A stretch of 63,325 nt of DNA, counting the filler, from Saprolegnia diclina VS20 (Eukaryota), in the NCBI RefSeq assembly GCF_000281045.1. It is 3 parts of one record of this genome, joined end to end, with 100 filler letters (N's around TTAATTAATTAA, not from the genome) between each part and the next. Parts side by side here need not be neighbours in the genome. Positions count along the whole stretch, not along the records: positions 14,841 to 38,159 come from NW_008246074.1; 2 more parts are not named here. One strand, given 5' to 3'. Both the position numbers and the translations under genes were made by a program. The notes below the pieces were generated by a model. It searched no databases and was not told where the DNA came from. It saw only the letters and a list, made by a program, of their open reading frames with translations. Shown here piece by piece: positions 22,615 through 33,800 of this stretch (its first letter is position 1; each line of letters starts with the position of its first letter).

Positions 22615-23490
22615 ATGACGTCGGACGTCGACGCGCGCTCGAGCCTCTGCTACGAGGCCAACGCCTTCATCTACCTCCTCCCCGAGGACGTGCCCGGCGG
22701 TCTCCTCACGCAGCCTGTCTACGCGCGGGTCGGCGACTCGGTGTCGCATCCAGTGACGACGATCCCATGCGAGGGCTCCCACGCTGCGCTCTCGTTGCCC
22801 GCGCTTTCGCTTGGCCACGTCGTCTCGGAAGACGAAGCGCTTGTCGCGAAAACCGGCCTCTGGTATCGCCACAGTGTCGTCGTCACGGTCAACGACAGCG
22901 AGGTCTGTCACGGCCAAGTCATTGCCTACGACGTCCCGACGCGTAAGGTCACGGTGCGCACGAGCACGGGCCTCTTTACGGTCCATCAGCGCGATGTGCA
23001 GCGCGCGCCTGAGATCTGCGCACTCCTGCTTTGGCCGTTTACGTACGCCAGTGCCCAAAAGCTGACAGTCGATGTGCATTCGCGGCTGCTCATGACTCTG
23101 GCCTCCGAGAGCTGCCCGGACCTGCCCGACCTTGTGCGCGACCTCGTCGAGCGCAGCAGCGACGACGTGTCCACCGACGAAATGCTGCCGCAGCCACATG
23201 ACATTCGGCTCTGGCTCGACTTGAGCAATGGCGTCGACCGCCTCACAACGCTGGCCCACGCCATCAGCTACTACAAGCATGCAATGCTCCGTCTTCGCGT
23301 GGACGTTGCGGTCGGGACTTCGATCTGCGACGACCCGTCGCTTCGGCACAAGACGGCGGCGCCCCCGCCCTTCCACCGACGGCTGTCGTTTTGGCGGGCA
23401 TTCGTTGCGCTCGCAGTGCTTTGCGGCATCAGCTACGTCATTTACTACATCGTCACGGGCCGCTTCCACGTCCGCGACATGTGGCGATAA
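22615..23490 (+). CDS. Hypothetical protein with a C-terminal transmembrane anchor
   Basis: Intronless GC3-rich ORF from MTSDVDAR; hydrophobic FWRAFVALAVLCGISYVIYYIV near the C-terminus. Confidence 0.7.
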   Translation: MTSDVDARSSLCYEANAFIYLLPEDVPGGLLTQPVYARVGDSVSHPVTTIPCEGSHAALSLPALSLGHVVSEDEALVAKTGLWYRHSVVVTVNDSEVCHGQVIAYDVPTRKVTVRTSTGLFTVHQRDVQRAPEICALLLWPFTYASAQKLTVDVHSRLLMTLASESCPDLPDLVRDLVERSSDDVSTDEMLPQPHDIRLWLDLSNGVDRLTTLAHAISYYKHAMLRLRVDVAVGTSICDDPSLRHKTAAPPPFHRRLSFWRAFVALAVLCGISYVIYYIVTGRFHVRDMWR

Positions 23491-23923
23491 GCGCACGTCT
23501 GCCCACGCACTAGACGACGAGCGCTTTCGAATCTAAACCTAAAAGGAATATATATGTATGTTGCGTGTAGACTTCGACTCGAGTGGCGTCGTTGACGCCT
23601 CGTGTGTCAAGACCGATGTCCAACTCTCAGCACTCTGTCGTAGGATGCAGCTAACATCGCTTTTTGCTTGGCAGCCAGGAGCAACCTTGCCACGCCGCTG
23701 CCTCTGTGGCCACGAATGATCAAACAGCCACAGATAGAAGCAGTCACCGACAAGGCCGTGGAAGGAACACTGTGCATCCGACGCGGCCTCGGGGCGCGAT
23801 GTGTAAGGACATAGCACGTCGTGTTTCGAAGGCTTAGGGTTGAAGAAAGTGCAAAAGTGATCGAACAACGATGCAATTGAGTCCTCAAAGTCGTATTGGT
23901 TGTGGTTAGAGTGGCCGTGCGGA

Positions 23924-25110
23924 TCACGTGTGAAGCGACAGCGGCTCGGCTTCGAGATCGGTACGGTAGACCTTGGAGAGCTCGTCACAGAGGTCCATTT
24001 GCAAAGGGTGGAACGTCTTGATTTCTTGGGTTTGTCTATGGTCGCTCCACGGATGGGCGCAGTTGCATACCCACGGACTACGCCATAGCGTCGTGACGCG
24101 CCCGATGCATTTTGCATTTGAGCTAGCAACCCGTACCTGTCAAACCCGGTGCAGCCGCACTTGGGCTTCTTACACACGAATGGTGGTCGGCCGGCGTCGT
24201 GCTCAATGTGCTTGTGCTTGCATCGACAGCGCAGTATCCAAGCGCCCTCGGCGACGATGTAGAAGAACGACTTGCAGACGCAGCGGCTCATCGTGCACGC
24301 AAAGGGCGTGAACTTGGCGGCGTCCTTGACCCGCGGATCGTCGACGCTCGACGGGTGCTCCTTGAGGCGATGGCCGCTACGCACCAAACGACTTCGTCCT
24401 GAGCGGCATAGAGAGAAGGCAGCGTGTTTGTACCAGAGACAGCGGCTTTCTTCGCGCACTGGAATGCACTCCCGCGTGCATGTATTGCAGCTCCACTTGA
24501 CGACGAGCTTTTGAAACGACTTGCGCGCGAAGGGAGCTGCGTCGGCTGGGATTGGCATCGCGCTCATCGGCGCGGCGCTGCTCTTGGCACATGCGATTGT
24601 TGATGGCATCGAAAGAATGCCAGAAGGCGCTGGGATCGGCGTGTCGGCGGCTGTGCATTCGTCGACAGAGTCGTCGGCTGTAGAGAGCTGCTTCTCGGAG
24701 TCGGCATCAGCGACGATCAACTCGTTTGGACCGGTAGCAACGACGTCGGCGGGTACAAGTGCGACTGCTGCTGATGACGTCATGGGTGCCGGCACCGGAA
24801 GGGCGCGTTTGGTGGGTATGCGACTCGCTGGTGCGTCATGGCGAGTGCTCTCGGAGCGTCGACGGGGCAGTGGCAGCGGTGGCTTGGCCGGCGAGGACGG
24901 CGCCTCGGAAAGAGTGGCAGTCACGAGCGCGTCGACCGGTGCGACAAGATCGCTCGAGCTCCGGCGGGGTGGCACGGGTGGCGGTGGCCCTGCGACGACC
25001 GGCGCCTCCTTCTTAGCCATCTTGCGCTTCAAGAGCGCGAGCTTGGACGGGTCGCGCGTCATCGACGTTGATGACGCTGCGTCATGCGCTGCGTACCATT
25101 CTTGTGGCAT
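23924..25110 (-). CDS. FAM221-like Cys/His-rich protein, 3 exons
   Basis: ESRCL|GHRLKEH, CVCKSFFYI, CRCKHKHIEHD, CKKPKCGCTGFD|SPWVCNCAHPWSDH. Pro-rich N-terminal half from MPQEWY. Confidence 0.8.
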
Positions 25111-25206
25111 GGCGTCTCCTTCCGGTTGAGATCTTGTGGAAAGTCCAATGAATCCACGATTCAAACAGTGTATTTTACACTGGTTTTGAAACTGCTCAAC
25201 CTGCCC

Positions 25207-27365
25207 ATGCGCTGGCTCGGCACTGGAGTGATCGGTCGCGCGACGCGTTAGGATAGCAGAGGCTTCAACTACAGCTCTAGGGGTCGTCGGTGCAGCGTCC
25301 ACCTGTCCCCGTGGTGCGTACTTNNNNNNNNNNNNNNNNNNNNNNNNNNNNNNNNNNNNNNNNNNNNNNNNNNNNNNNNNNNNNNNNNNNNNNNNNNNNN
25401 NNNNNNNNNNNNNNNNNNNNNNNNNNNNNNNNNNNNNNNNCGCCTCTGTGCTCGGGCAGTTGCGTGGCGGGCTACTACTGCCCTGTACACCAACGTCACC
25501 GTCGGCGCATACACAACTGAACTTGGTCGTGTAGCTTGGGTCGACAAGTGCGACCGCACAGACCTGCGGTGGCGCCAACTACTACTGTCCCAGCGGCACG
25601 CCCTCCCGGCGTATTGTTGCACCTGGATACTACACAATAACGAGCACACGTCCTGGCACGGGCGTCGACAACTCCGTCAACGAATTCGATCTCGCGACGG
25701 CGCCGACTCAGCGCCCATGTGACCCGGGCTTCTACTGCGTCCACGGCGTGCGCTACGCGTGTCCTGCAGGGACGTATGGAAGTAGCTCCCTGCTCTTGAC
25801 ATCCGCGTGCTCTGGCGCCTGCCCGCCTGGTATGCGTGCAAACTCAAAGCTTCCATATGCGATACATGCTAGGTTCCTACTGCCCCATCGGCACTGCGCA
25901 GCCCATATCGTGTCCGCCCGGCGTCTTGGGGGCCACCGTAGGCTTGTCGACGCCGCAATGCTCGGGCCCTTGCCCCGTCGGCCATTTTTGGTGCGGATTT
26001 TTCTAGTCTTTGTGGCATCCATGAAATTTCAGTCGTTTAGTGTACTGGGAACCGTGGTGCCCGAGCCGTGCCCCGCGGGGCTACTTGGAAACACCACGGG
26101 CTTGACAACAAAGGCATGTGCCCCGGTGTGCACGCTATCGTACTGCCCACTGCCACGCTGTCCTGCGGGCTATTACTGCCCGCTTGGTACGACCTCCCAC
26201 GGCTCGCTATATCGATATGAAACTAGGCGCACCGACCCCTATTCCGTGTGGTGGCCCCACCGTCTTTTGCCCCGTCGGCTCGTCGGTGCCAACGCTTGTC
26301 ACGACTGGCTACTACACGATCGCTACTCGGACGCTCAACCCTAGTGATGCGGGATTGTACCTACCAGGTTGGCAGCGACGCGACAAGTTCGTTGTCAGCG
26401 CTTGCGTAGGCGGTACGGGCATGACAACAGGGCTCGTCACGCGCGTGGCCGAAGTGCCGTGTGAAGTTGGGACGTTCTGCGAGAATGGCTGCAAGAAACC
26501 TTGTCCTGCAGGTCCATCGAAGCCTTGCCGCTGCCAGCGACCGAGGCCATGCAAATAGGAACCTATGGAATGGCGCACGGCTTGTCGTCTGCTGCGTGCA
26601 CGGGAAACTGCCCGGCAGGTTACTTTTGGTACCGACAACCTGTCTGAGTTCGCAGAGCACTCGAATTGTGGTCTAGTCCTCTGGGCTCGGCGACGTACCT
26701 CGACACGGCGTGCGTCGATCCGTCGGTCTACTGTCCCGGAAGCAACGCCACACCGACGCCAGTGACCCAAGGGTTCCTTACCACGCTCGGGTTTGACGGC
26801 CGTCTTCGCGTCGGCCAAACAGTCTGCCCGCTTGGCACCTACTGCGTCCGTGGCGTGCGACATCTTTGCCCTTGGGGCAGGTAGAGCCCCCAAAAGTGAT
26901 CCATATTTTGAAGTGAGTTTATAGTTATGGAGCTACGACGGGGCTCTCGACAATGGCGTGCTCGGGGGCGTGCGCCCCCGGCTCGACCTGTCCCGCCGGC
27001 GCGACGTCGGCACAACAAGCACTCTGCCCCGCAGGTTCGTATTTCGTTCTGGAGCCAACGCGTCATGGCTAAAAGTAGGCACGTATGCAATCAACGGCAA
27101 ACAATGCGTACCGTGCCGACCTGGGTTTTGGTGCTCGAGTGGGTCACCGTCCCCGACGCAAAACGCGTGTGGCAGCAGTAGCGCCTACTGCCCGCTGGGC
27201 GCGAGCGCGCCGCTTACAGTTCAAGCCGGCTACTATGCCTACAGCCCCAACGCTCTCTCGGGCGCCAACATGGACTTTACGGGCCAAGTCCTTTGCAATC
27301 TCCAAGACACTGTGCTCTTCCCGCAGTGTCCGTCGATTACTACTGGCTTCAATAGCCAGGTGTAA
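25207..27365 (+). CDS. Cysteine-rich repeat protein (GCC2/GCC3, ephrin-receptor-like CxxGxYCP repeats), multi-exon; contains gap 25324-25440
   Basis: Repeated CVAGYYCP, CDPGFYC, CPAGTYG, CPAGYYCPLG, CEVGTFC, CPLGTYC, CRPGFWC. Start uncertain. Confidence 0.78.
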
Positions 27366-27741
27366 GATTGGACAATATTGTTTCAAGCTGTTTGTTATAA
27401 GGGTTGGATGTTTGAAGCCGCTGTTATAAGGGTAAGATGGATACAACAATACTAGGACCAGTAGCCTGCCAGTAGCCTCCGAGTATTTCTCTCTGGTCCT
27501 CGAGGTGGTATTCGCGGTGTGTCGAGTGTGTATCTCAAAAACATCTCAAAAACATCTCCCAACATTCAAAAGGCATCTCAAAGGCGAACATGTCAAAAGC
27601 ATGAATCGCAAACATGGAAAGACCGATCTTTGAGATTTGACCAATCATTGTGCTGGATTCGCCACGTCGCTCTGGGATTGGTTGAATGCATTCTGCAAGG
27701 CCATTGGTGCATTCCAAAATACCAAGCGCTGGGTGGTGAGC

Positions 27742-29574
27742 ATGCTGGCGCGTCGGATGATCGCGCGCTTGGTGCCGGTCGCCTCGTCTGCGCTGCGCAG
27801 CGCGGGTACGTCGGGAAGACCCTGCGCCGCCTTGCCGCCAGCGCCGCTTGCGGGTCGTCTTGGTACGCGCTGCCTTTCGTCATGGTCCACCACAGAGCGG
27901 CGCGACAACTCGCAAATCAACGCGCAGCTCATGGCGGCGTCAACCACGCATGAGCTACTCGCCATCTACGAGCGCGAAAGGACCAACTTTAACAGCGTCA
28001 ACACGGCGACGCTCTTCAACAAGCTTGGGAAGGCGCACCGGCGCCACACGATGTACTCGGTGCGCGAGACCTCGCTTCTTGCCACGGCCTTGCGCAACAC
28101 GGTGCAGGACATCGCCAAGTTTGATCTGCGGACGCTCAGCATGATTGCGCACGGCGTTGCCAAGATGCAGCGGGGTGGCGACGACGGAGGCTTCATGGAC
28201 GCCGTCGTCGACCGCGTCAAGAAGGGGCTTGAGACCGCCCCTGCCATCACGGTTGCGAATCTCGTCTGGAGCGCCGAGAAGCTCGGCGTGCGCGACCGCG
28301 CCTTCTACCACGCGATCGCGCGGCACGTGCGGTCGCAGTCGCTCGACTCGTACTCGTCGCTGGCACTTGCCAACATCGCCATGGGCTTTGCAAAAGCGCG
28401 CATGAGCGACCGTCTCTGCTCCGTCTACGCCACGATCGACGAGGCGCTGCAGGAGCGCGACTTGGGCACGTTCGAGCCGCAGCACCTGGCCAACATTGTC
28501 TGGAGCTTTGTGGCCGCCGAGCGCTTCGACTCGGAGCTCTTTCGCCGTGTCGAGAGGCACTTGGCAGCGCGCGGCCTTCAGGACTTTGACGCCAATACGC
28601 TCGCGTCGCTCTGCATTTCGTACGCCAAGCACGCGCGGCATAAGGTCACGCCGCACCCCGACCTCTTTGCCTTGGTCAGCGACCACATTCTCGACAACGA
28701 GCGGTCGTCGGTCGGTACGTTTTCGCTCGGGTCTCTCGTCATGCTGCACTGGGCGTTCACACGCGCCAAGCAGTACAACGCAGCGTGCACCTCTCTTCTT
28801 CGCGACGAACTGTACCGCCGTGGCCTCGACAAGTGCCGCAACCACGAGTTTGTGAGTCTCGCCTGGAGCCTCTCGAATGCGCAGCTTCCCTTTGCAACGA
28901 CGCCGTTGTACCATCTTCTTGAGGACCATGTGGTCACTCGGCGCGGCCTCGCGACCTTCCAGCCGCTAGAGCTCTCGGGTCTCGCCTTCAGCTTTGCAAA
29001 AGCGGGCGCCAAGACCACGAACGCCCGCTTCTTTGACGCGCTTGTCGCGTATGTAGAGGCAGTCGGTGTCAAGCGCTTTGATGACCAAGGGCTCGCCAAT
29101 GTCGCGTGGAGTCTCTACCTCGGCGGCGCCACGTCCCCTGACGTCTTGGACAAAATGGGCGACGAGCTCGCCAAGCGCGAGTTTGATCGCTTTGGGCCGT
29201 CGGCCGTCGCCGCCTTTGTCGCAATCTTTGCTGCTGCCGACCGCGCACTGCCGAGTGACGTGTGTTTGCACGTCCACGCCCATCTCGCGACGCATTTCAG
29301 TCGGTACCGCCCCCGAGAGCTCGTCCATGTCGCTGCCGGGCTCGGGCTCATGGGCGAAACCGTGTCGCCGGCCGTGAAAGAGTCCCTTGTAGCCCGCATC
29401 ACGCCCGACGCCTTGACAGACGTCGACTGCCACCGCTTGCACCGCTGGCTACGCGACCAAGGCGACCACGATGTACCGGCGTTCGTACGCGCCGCCAGCG
29501 ATCAATTTGCGAGTCTCTCGACGGCCGACGATGCAAACACGGACGACGGTACTGATGGCGGCCGGCGCTTTTGA
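27742..29574 (+). CDS. Helical-repeat RNA-binding protein (HPR/OPR/FASTK-like), probably mitochondrial
   Basis: Arg-rich presequence MLARRMIARL...CLSS. About 12 repeats of roughly 37-40 aa, e.g. FEPQHLANIVWSF, FQPLELSGLAFSFAK, FDDQGLANVAWSL. Confidence 0.8.
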   Translation: MLARRMIARLVPVASSALRSAGTSGRPCAALPPAPLAGRLGTRCLSSWSTTERRDNSQINAQLMAASTTHELLAIYERERTNFNSVNTATLFNKLGKAHRRHTMYSVRETSLLATALRNTVQDIAKFDLRTLSMIAHGVAKMQRGGDDGGFMDAVVDRVKKGLETAPAITVANLVWSAEKLGVRDRAFYHAIARHVRSQSLDSYSSLALANIAMGFAKARMSDRLCSVYATIDEALQERDLGTFEPQHLANIVWSFVAAERFDSELFRRVERHLAARGLQDFDANTLASLCISYAKHARHKVTPHPDLFALVSDHILDNERSSVGTFSLGSLVMLHWAFTRAKQYNAACTSLLRDELYRRGLDKCRNHEFVSLAWSLSNAQLPFATTPLYHLLEDHVVTRRGLATFQPLELSGLAFSFAKAGAKTTNARFFDALVAYVEAVGVKRFDDQGLANVAWSLYLGGATSPDVLDKMGDELAKREFDRFGPSAVAAFVAIFAAADRALPSDVCLHVHAHLATHFSRYRPRELVHVAAGLGLMGETVSPAVKESLVARITPDALTDVDCHRLHRWLRDQGDHDVPAFVRAASDQFASLSTADDANTDDGTDGGRRF

Positions 29575-29779
29575 ATGTAAATCGACCAACGGACGATACC
29601 GCATGGTTGTTGTCGGACGCATGTGTTGCGTGTGGCAGAGCAGGACGTGACGAGTCGAGACCCAGCAGACCGTATTTAAAGAAATACTACTACCGAGGCA
29701 ACATGTCATTGTGTCTCCATACTACTATCGCTGGGCTGCTGGATCTAGTTGGGTCATACCGCGAACACGGAAATATCAT

Positions 29780-29930
29780 TTTGCACTCCACGAAATGGCA
29801 CCGCGACCTCCAGTCGCTGACGCCGCCTCAGTCGCTGGCGACTCCCGACAACCTTGACACACTGCGTAGCTTTGCCGCCGACCGCGACGCCTGGAAAGAT
29901 TTGACCGACCGTGTCGTCACGGGCCTCACC
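29780..29930 (+). mobile_element. Possible 3' remnant of a non-LTR retrotransposon ORF
   Basis: KWHRDLQSL...LDTLRSFAADRDAWKDL resembles the A.DR..W[RK] terminal motif of RTE-type LINE proteins. No RT core seen. Confidence 0.3.
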
Positions 29931-30868
29931 CGCGGCCACAGGCGTCGTAGGGTAACGACAGAAGAGCCAGACGAGCCCCTGCGCCGCCGCCTGCGCAGCC
30001 ACGAACCGGCGAGTGAATGAAGAAGAAGGAGATTACTAGTTGTTGCTGAAGTGGGTCGTCTATTAAAATAGATACGTAAATCTACGCTAAATAAAATTGT
30101 CGGACTTTCTTCGTTGTGTAGGCGCTGGTGATGATCTTGATCTCGGCCGGCGGAGGCAAGAGCGCGATCCGCGGGACAAGGTGCTGGCGCGGCCACTCGT
30201 GTTGAGCGAGGAGCCGGAGAAGGCGACGTAGAGCCATCTGCCCTGGGTTTTGAACGAGGCTGTGGTGCAAGTGCATTTGAGCGACACGCGCCGCGTTGAC
30301 GGCAATCGTCCATGGGCTTGGCAGTGGGAGGTAGGAGATTGCTAGTCTGTACGTATGCGAAGACTTTGTGTATTTATGAAGATAGTGCGAAACACCTTCA
30401 TATATACCGGTCTATATACGAAATGGTATAAAAAACGAAAAGGTAATTTCGGTGGCATGGTTCGGGTAGGGTTTGGGCAAGGGTATATTAGAGATGCCAT
30501 TATATACTACTAGGATTGCCGTTGTCGTTATCTCCTAAGCAACTCGGGCATTCTTGCCGAAATTCAGGCCACGCCGTTCGATTGCCACGATACGTGGCGT
30601 CGACTACCATGACGTACATTGTTGTCTTCGTCGGCGATGCCAACTTCATTAGTGTCTGAGCTCGTCTCGCTTATACCCAAGAAGACAACTTGTCCATTTC
30701 GGAGAGGTGTCGACTCTGTCGGCATATTGATGGTCCTCTGTGCTATCGAGACATGTGGTACACAGCTACCCAAGCATCAATCCAATGATCGCGTTTTCTA
30801 GATTCCGACGACCCCCACAACTCATAACGACTGTAGACTACTAACGGTTCCTATTGATTAAGCGACAA

Positions 30869-33800
30869 TCATGTCTCAAAGAGCGGAATGGCCTTCTCCA
30901 AGGCCGCGCTCCACTGATGCGTTGTGGGCAGCGGGCGCTCGTGTCCCACCAGTTCAAGTCCCGGGGACGGCGACGTCGCGCACGGCGCCAAGAGCGTCAT
31001 GGGCATGGCTACGAGCGGGCATGTGCTCACTGTCGCACAAAAGGCTTCGACGTCCGAGCGGACCGCGCTCGCACACCCGACCGACAGCGTCGGATCCGAG
31101 CTCGGGTGGCGCGCCAGGTATCGCAGCGTCATATCCAACGGCGTATGGACCGCACCGCCGGGGCACGACGGCCAGAGCTTCGCGGCCTCGTCGGCCAAAA
31201 ACGCCGGCGCGTCTGCTACCGGGAGCGCGTCGATACCCCGGGTCACGAGCGGCCAGCTCGGGTGCGGGTAGCGCAAAAAGTGCCGGATACGGCGGTCGAC
31301 CATGTTGTGTGTCACGAGGTCGACGAGGTCGACGACGATCTCCGCCACCGCGTCCTCAAGATCCATAGTGACCGCCGGCGAGAGACTGAGCACGAACGAG
31401 CTCATCCAGACGTCCCGGCTCTTGTCCTGCCAGAACTGCTGGACGAGCGCAATGTGGCGGCGTAGGCGGTCGCTGACGACGCCGCGCGCGTGCTCGTGTG
31501 GTGGCACGAGGTACGGCGTGCGGAGTGGCAGCATCGCCAGCCACGGCGCTGTCGCTGCAATTTCGCGCAATTGCGCGTCGTACATCGCCGCCGCCGACTC
31601 GCCACTCGGTTGCAGCAGCCGCTGGGCATAGATATAGATGCCGTCGGTGGCTTCAAACGCGCCTGACGTGTCGGCATGGTAGAGGGCATCGAGCAGCGCG
31701 TCGACGGCGCCGTGGCCCGCAAACTTGAACGTACTGTCGACGCTTCGGAAAAAGTCCCGGATGGTCTCGAGGGTTGAGCGCTTCGCGATCGCGAGCTGCG
31801 CTCGCAACGACGCCACGTCTTCTTGGGCGTCGTTGCGTTGCGCCTCGAGGTCGGCGGCGGTCGTATCAACATTGCTCGCAGGTGTCGCCGTCGCGAGCTC
31901 CTCGCGGGCCGCCGTGAGCTCGGCCGTGAGCTCTTCAATCGTGGCTTCGAGACGGCGCGTGGCGGCTTGCAGATTTTCGTCGCTTGCGGCGGTTTGCAGA
32001 ATGGTCGCCTTGACGGCCGCATACTCGCGCAATCTCGCCGCAGCGAGGTCGGCGCGCATCTGCTTGACCTCGGCCGTGAGCGACGCCAGCTCTTTCTTGC
32101 GGGCAGCCGCGGCGGCCGCCTCGACCTCGGCCTCCAATTGCATTTGGTCGCGCAATGCAGCGAGCTCCGTGCGGAGCCGGTCCGCCTCGACCGTGACCGC
32201 GTGCGCTTCGTTGCAGCTCGAGCCAGCAGCAGCGAGCGCGGTCTCGAGCTGACCCTTGATCGTCGCCCGGTCGGCTTCGAGCTGCGTGATGGTTTCAAGC
32301 AAGCGGGCCTTGTTGTCCTTGAAGCGCTGGACTTGCTTTTGCAGCGTGGCCACGTCCGCGGTCGGCGCAGGGGCGCGTCGGGCCGCGGCCAAGTCGGCTT
32401 CGAGCTGCGCTATGACGGCGGCTTGGCGGCGCGTCTCGTCCAATAGCGCATCGATCTGGGCTTGGAGCGTCGCGTGCGATTGCGTCTTCTCGTGCGACTC
32501 GGCACGGGCCACGATGTGGGACTCGGCGCGCGCCTTGGCGAGGTCCGCGCTGAGCTGCTGGATCGTCGTCGTGAGCCGGCCTTTGCTCGCGCCAAGGTCT
32601 CGCACTTGCTTCTTGCTTGCTTCGACCGCCGTTGTGGCCACCTCCAGCTGCGCCTTTGTAAACACCAAGTCGGCCTTGAGCTGCTTGACCACATCCATCA
32701 CTTGGTTCTTCTCGGCCATGAGCTCCTCGGCGCGCTTCTCACAAACCACGAGCTGCTGACGCCAGTGCGCGTCGCCGCTCTGGGCCGCATCGCCCTCGCC
32801 CTCGAGCGTTCCAACTGTGGTCGTCGGTGGCGATGCTTCATGTTTGTTGGCGCGAGCATCGCCGGGCGCCGACTTGGCCGCCGCCAGATCCGCTTCGAGC
32901 CACTTCAAGACGGATTCGAGGCGCGCCTTGCCGGCGATGAGCGTTTCTACCTCCTTGCTGTTGTCGTCGGCCTTTTGCTGCCAGTTGGCACTCGCGACTG
33001 TCAATTCCTCGACCTGCGCTTTGGACGACGTAAGGTCGGCTTCCAGCCACTTGATCATTGCCGCCAAACGCTCCCTGTCGGCCGTGAGCTGGTCCATCTC
33101 GGCTATCAGCTGCTGCTTGTCGGTTGCTAGCTGCTGCTTGTCGGTTGACAGCTGCTCGTTCTCGATCGTCAGACGGCCCTTGTCAGCGGCAAGGCGGTCC
33201 TTCTCCGTTGCGAGTTGATCTCGCTCGGCGCTGAGCTTGTCGACTTTACCGCTGAGCTCGTCAACTTTGGCGCTGCTCGTCATGGCTTGTTGGCGCCACT
33301 TGGCACTTGCGGCTTCCGACGCACTCAACTGCTTCTTGATGTCGTTGCTGCTGGTCACGAGCTGCTTGACTGCGGCCGCAAGGCGTCCTTTCTCTGCCGA
33401 CAAATCTTCTACTTGCTGCGCGCAGTCCTTGGCTTGTTGCTGGTACTGGGCAGCATTCTTTGCGGCCGCCAGCGCATAGTTCAGTTGCGTCTTGGCGTCT
33501 GCGAGGTCGACCACGAGCCGGCTCTTGTCGGTCGTGAGCGTGTCGACCTGCTTGCTGCCCTTGCCCGCCGCGACGAGTTGCTTGACGGTTTGCGCCAACC
33601 GAGTCTTCTCGGCCATGAGGTCTTCGACTTGGGCCATTGCATTCTCTGCCTGCTGCTGCCACTGGGCAAACGAGGCCGCCGAGGCGAGTGACCCGACGAG
33701 CTCGGCCTTGGCGGTCGCGAGATCGGCCTTGAGCTGCTCCATCGCCGACGCCAGGCACTGCTTGTCGTTCGAGAGCTCTTGGGCGCGCTTGGTTTGCGTC

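Noticed and set aside
27390..27560. Short direct repeats (GTTATAAGGGT x2, ATCTCAAAAAC x2); similar at about 857, 6020, 40706, 59478
   Set aside because: Too few copies and no unique spacers, so not CRISPR-like; ordinary slippage duplications.
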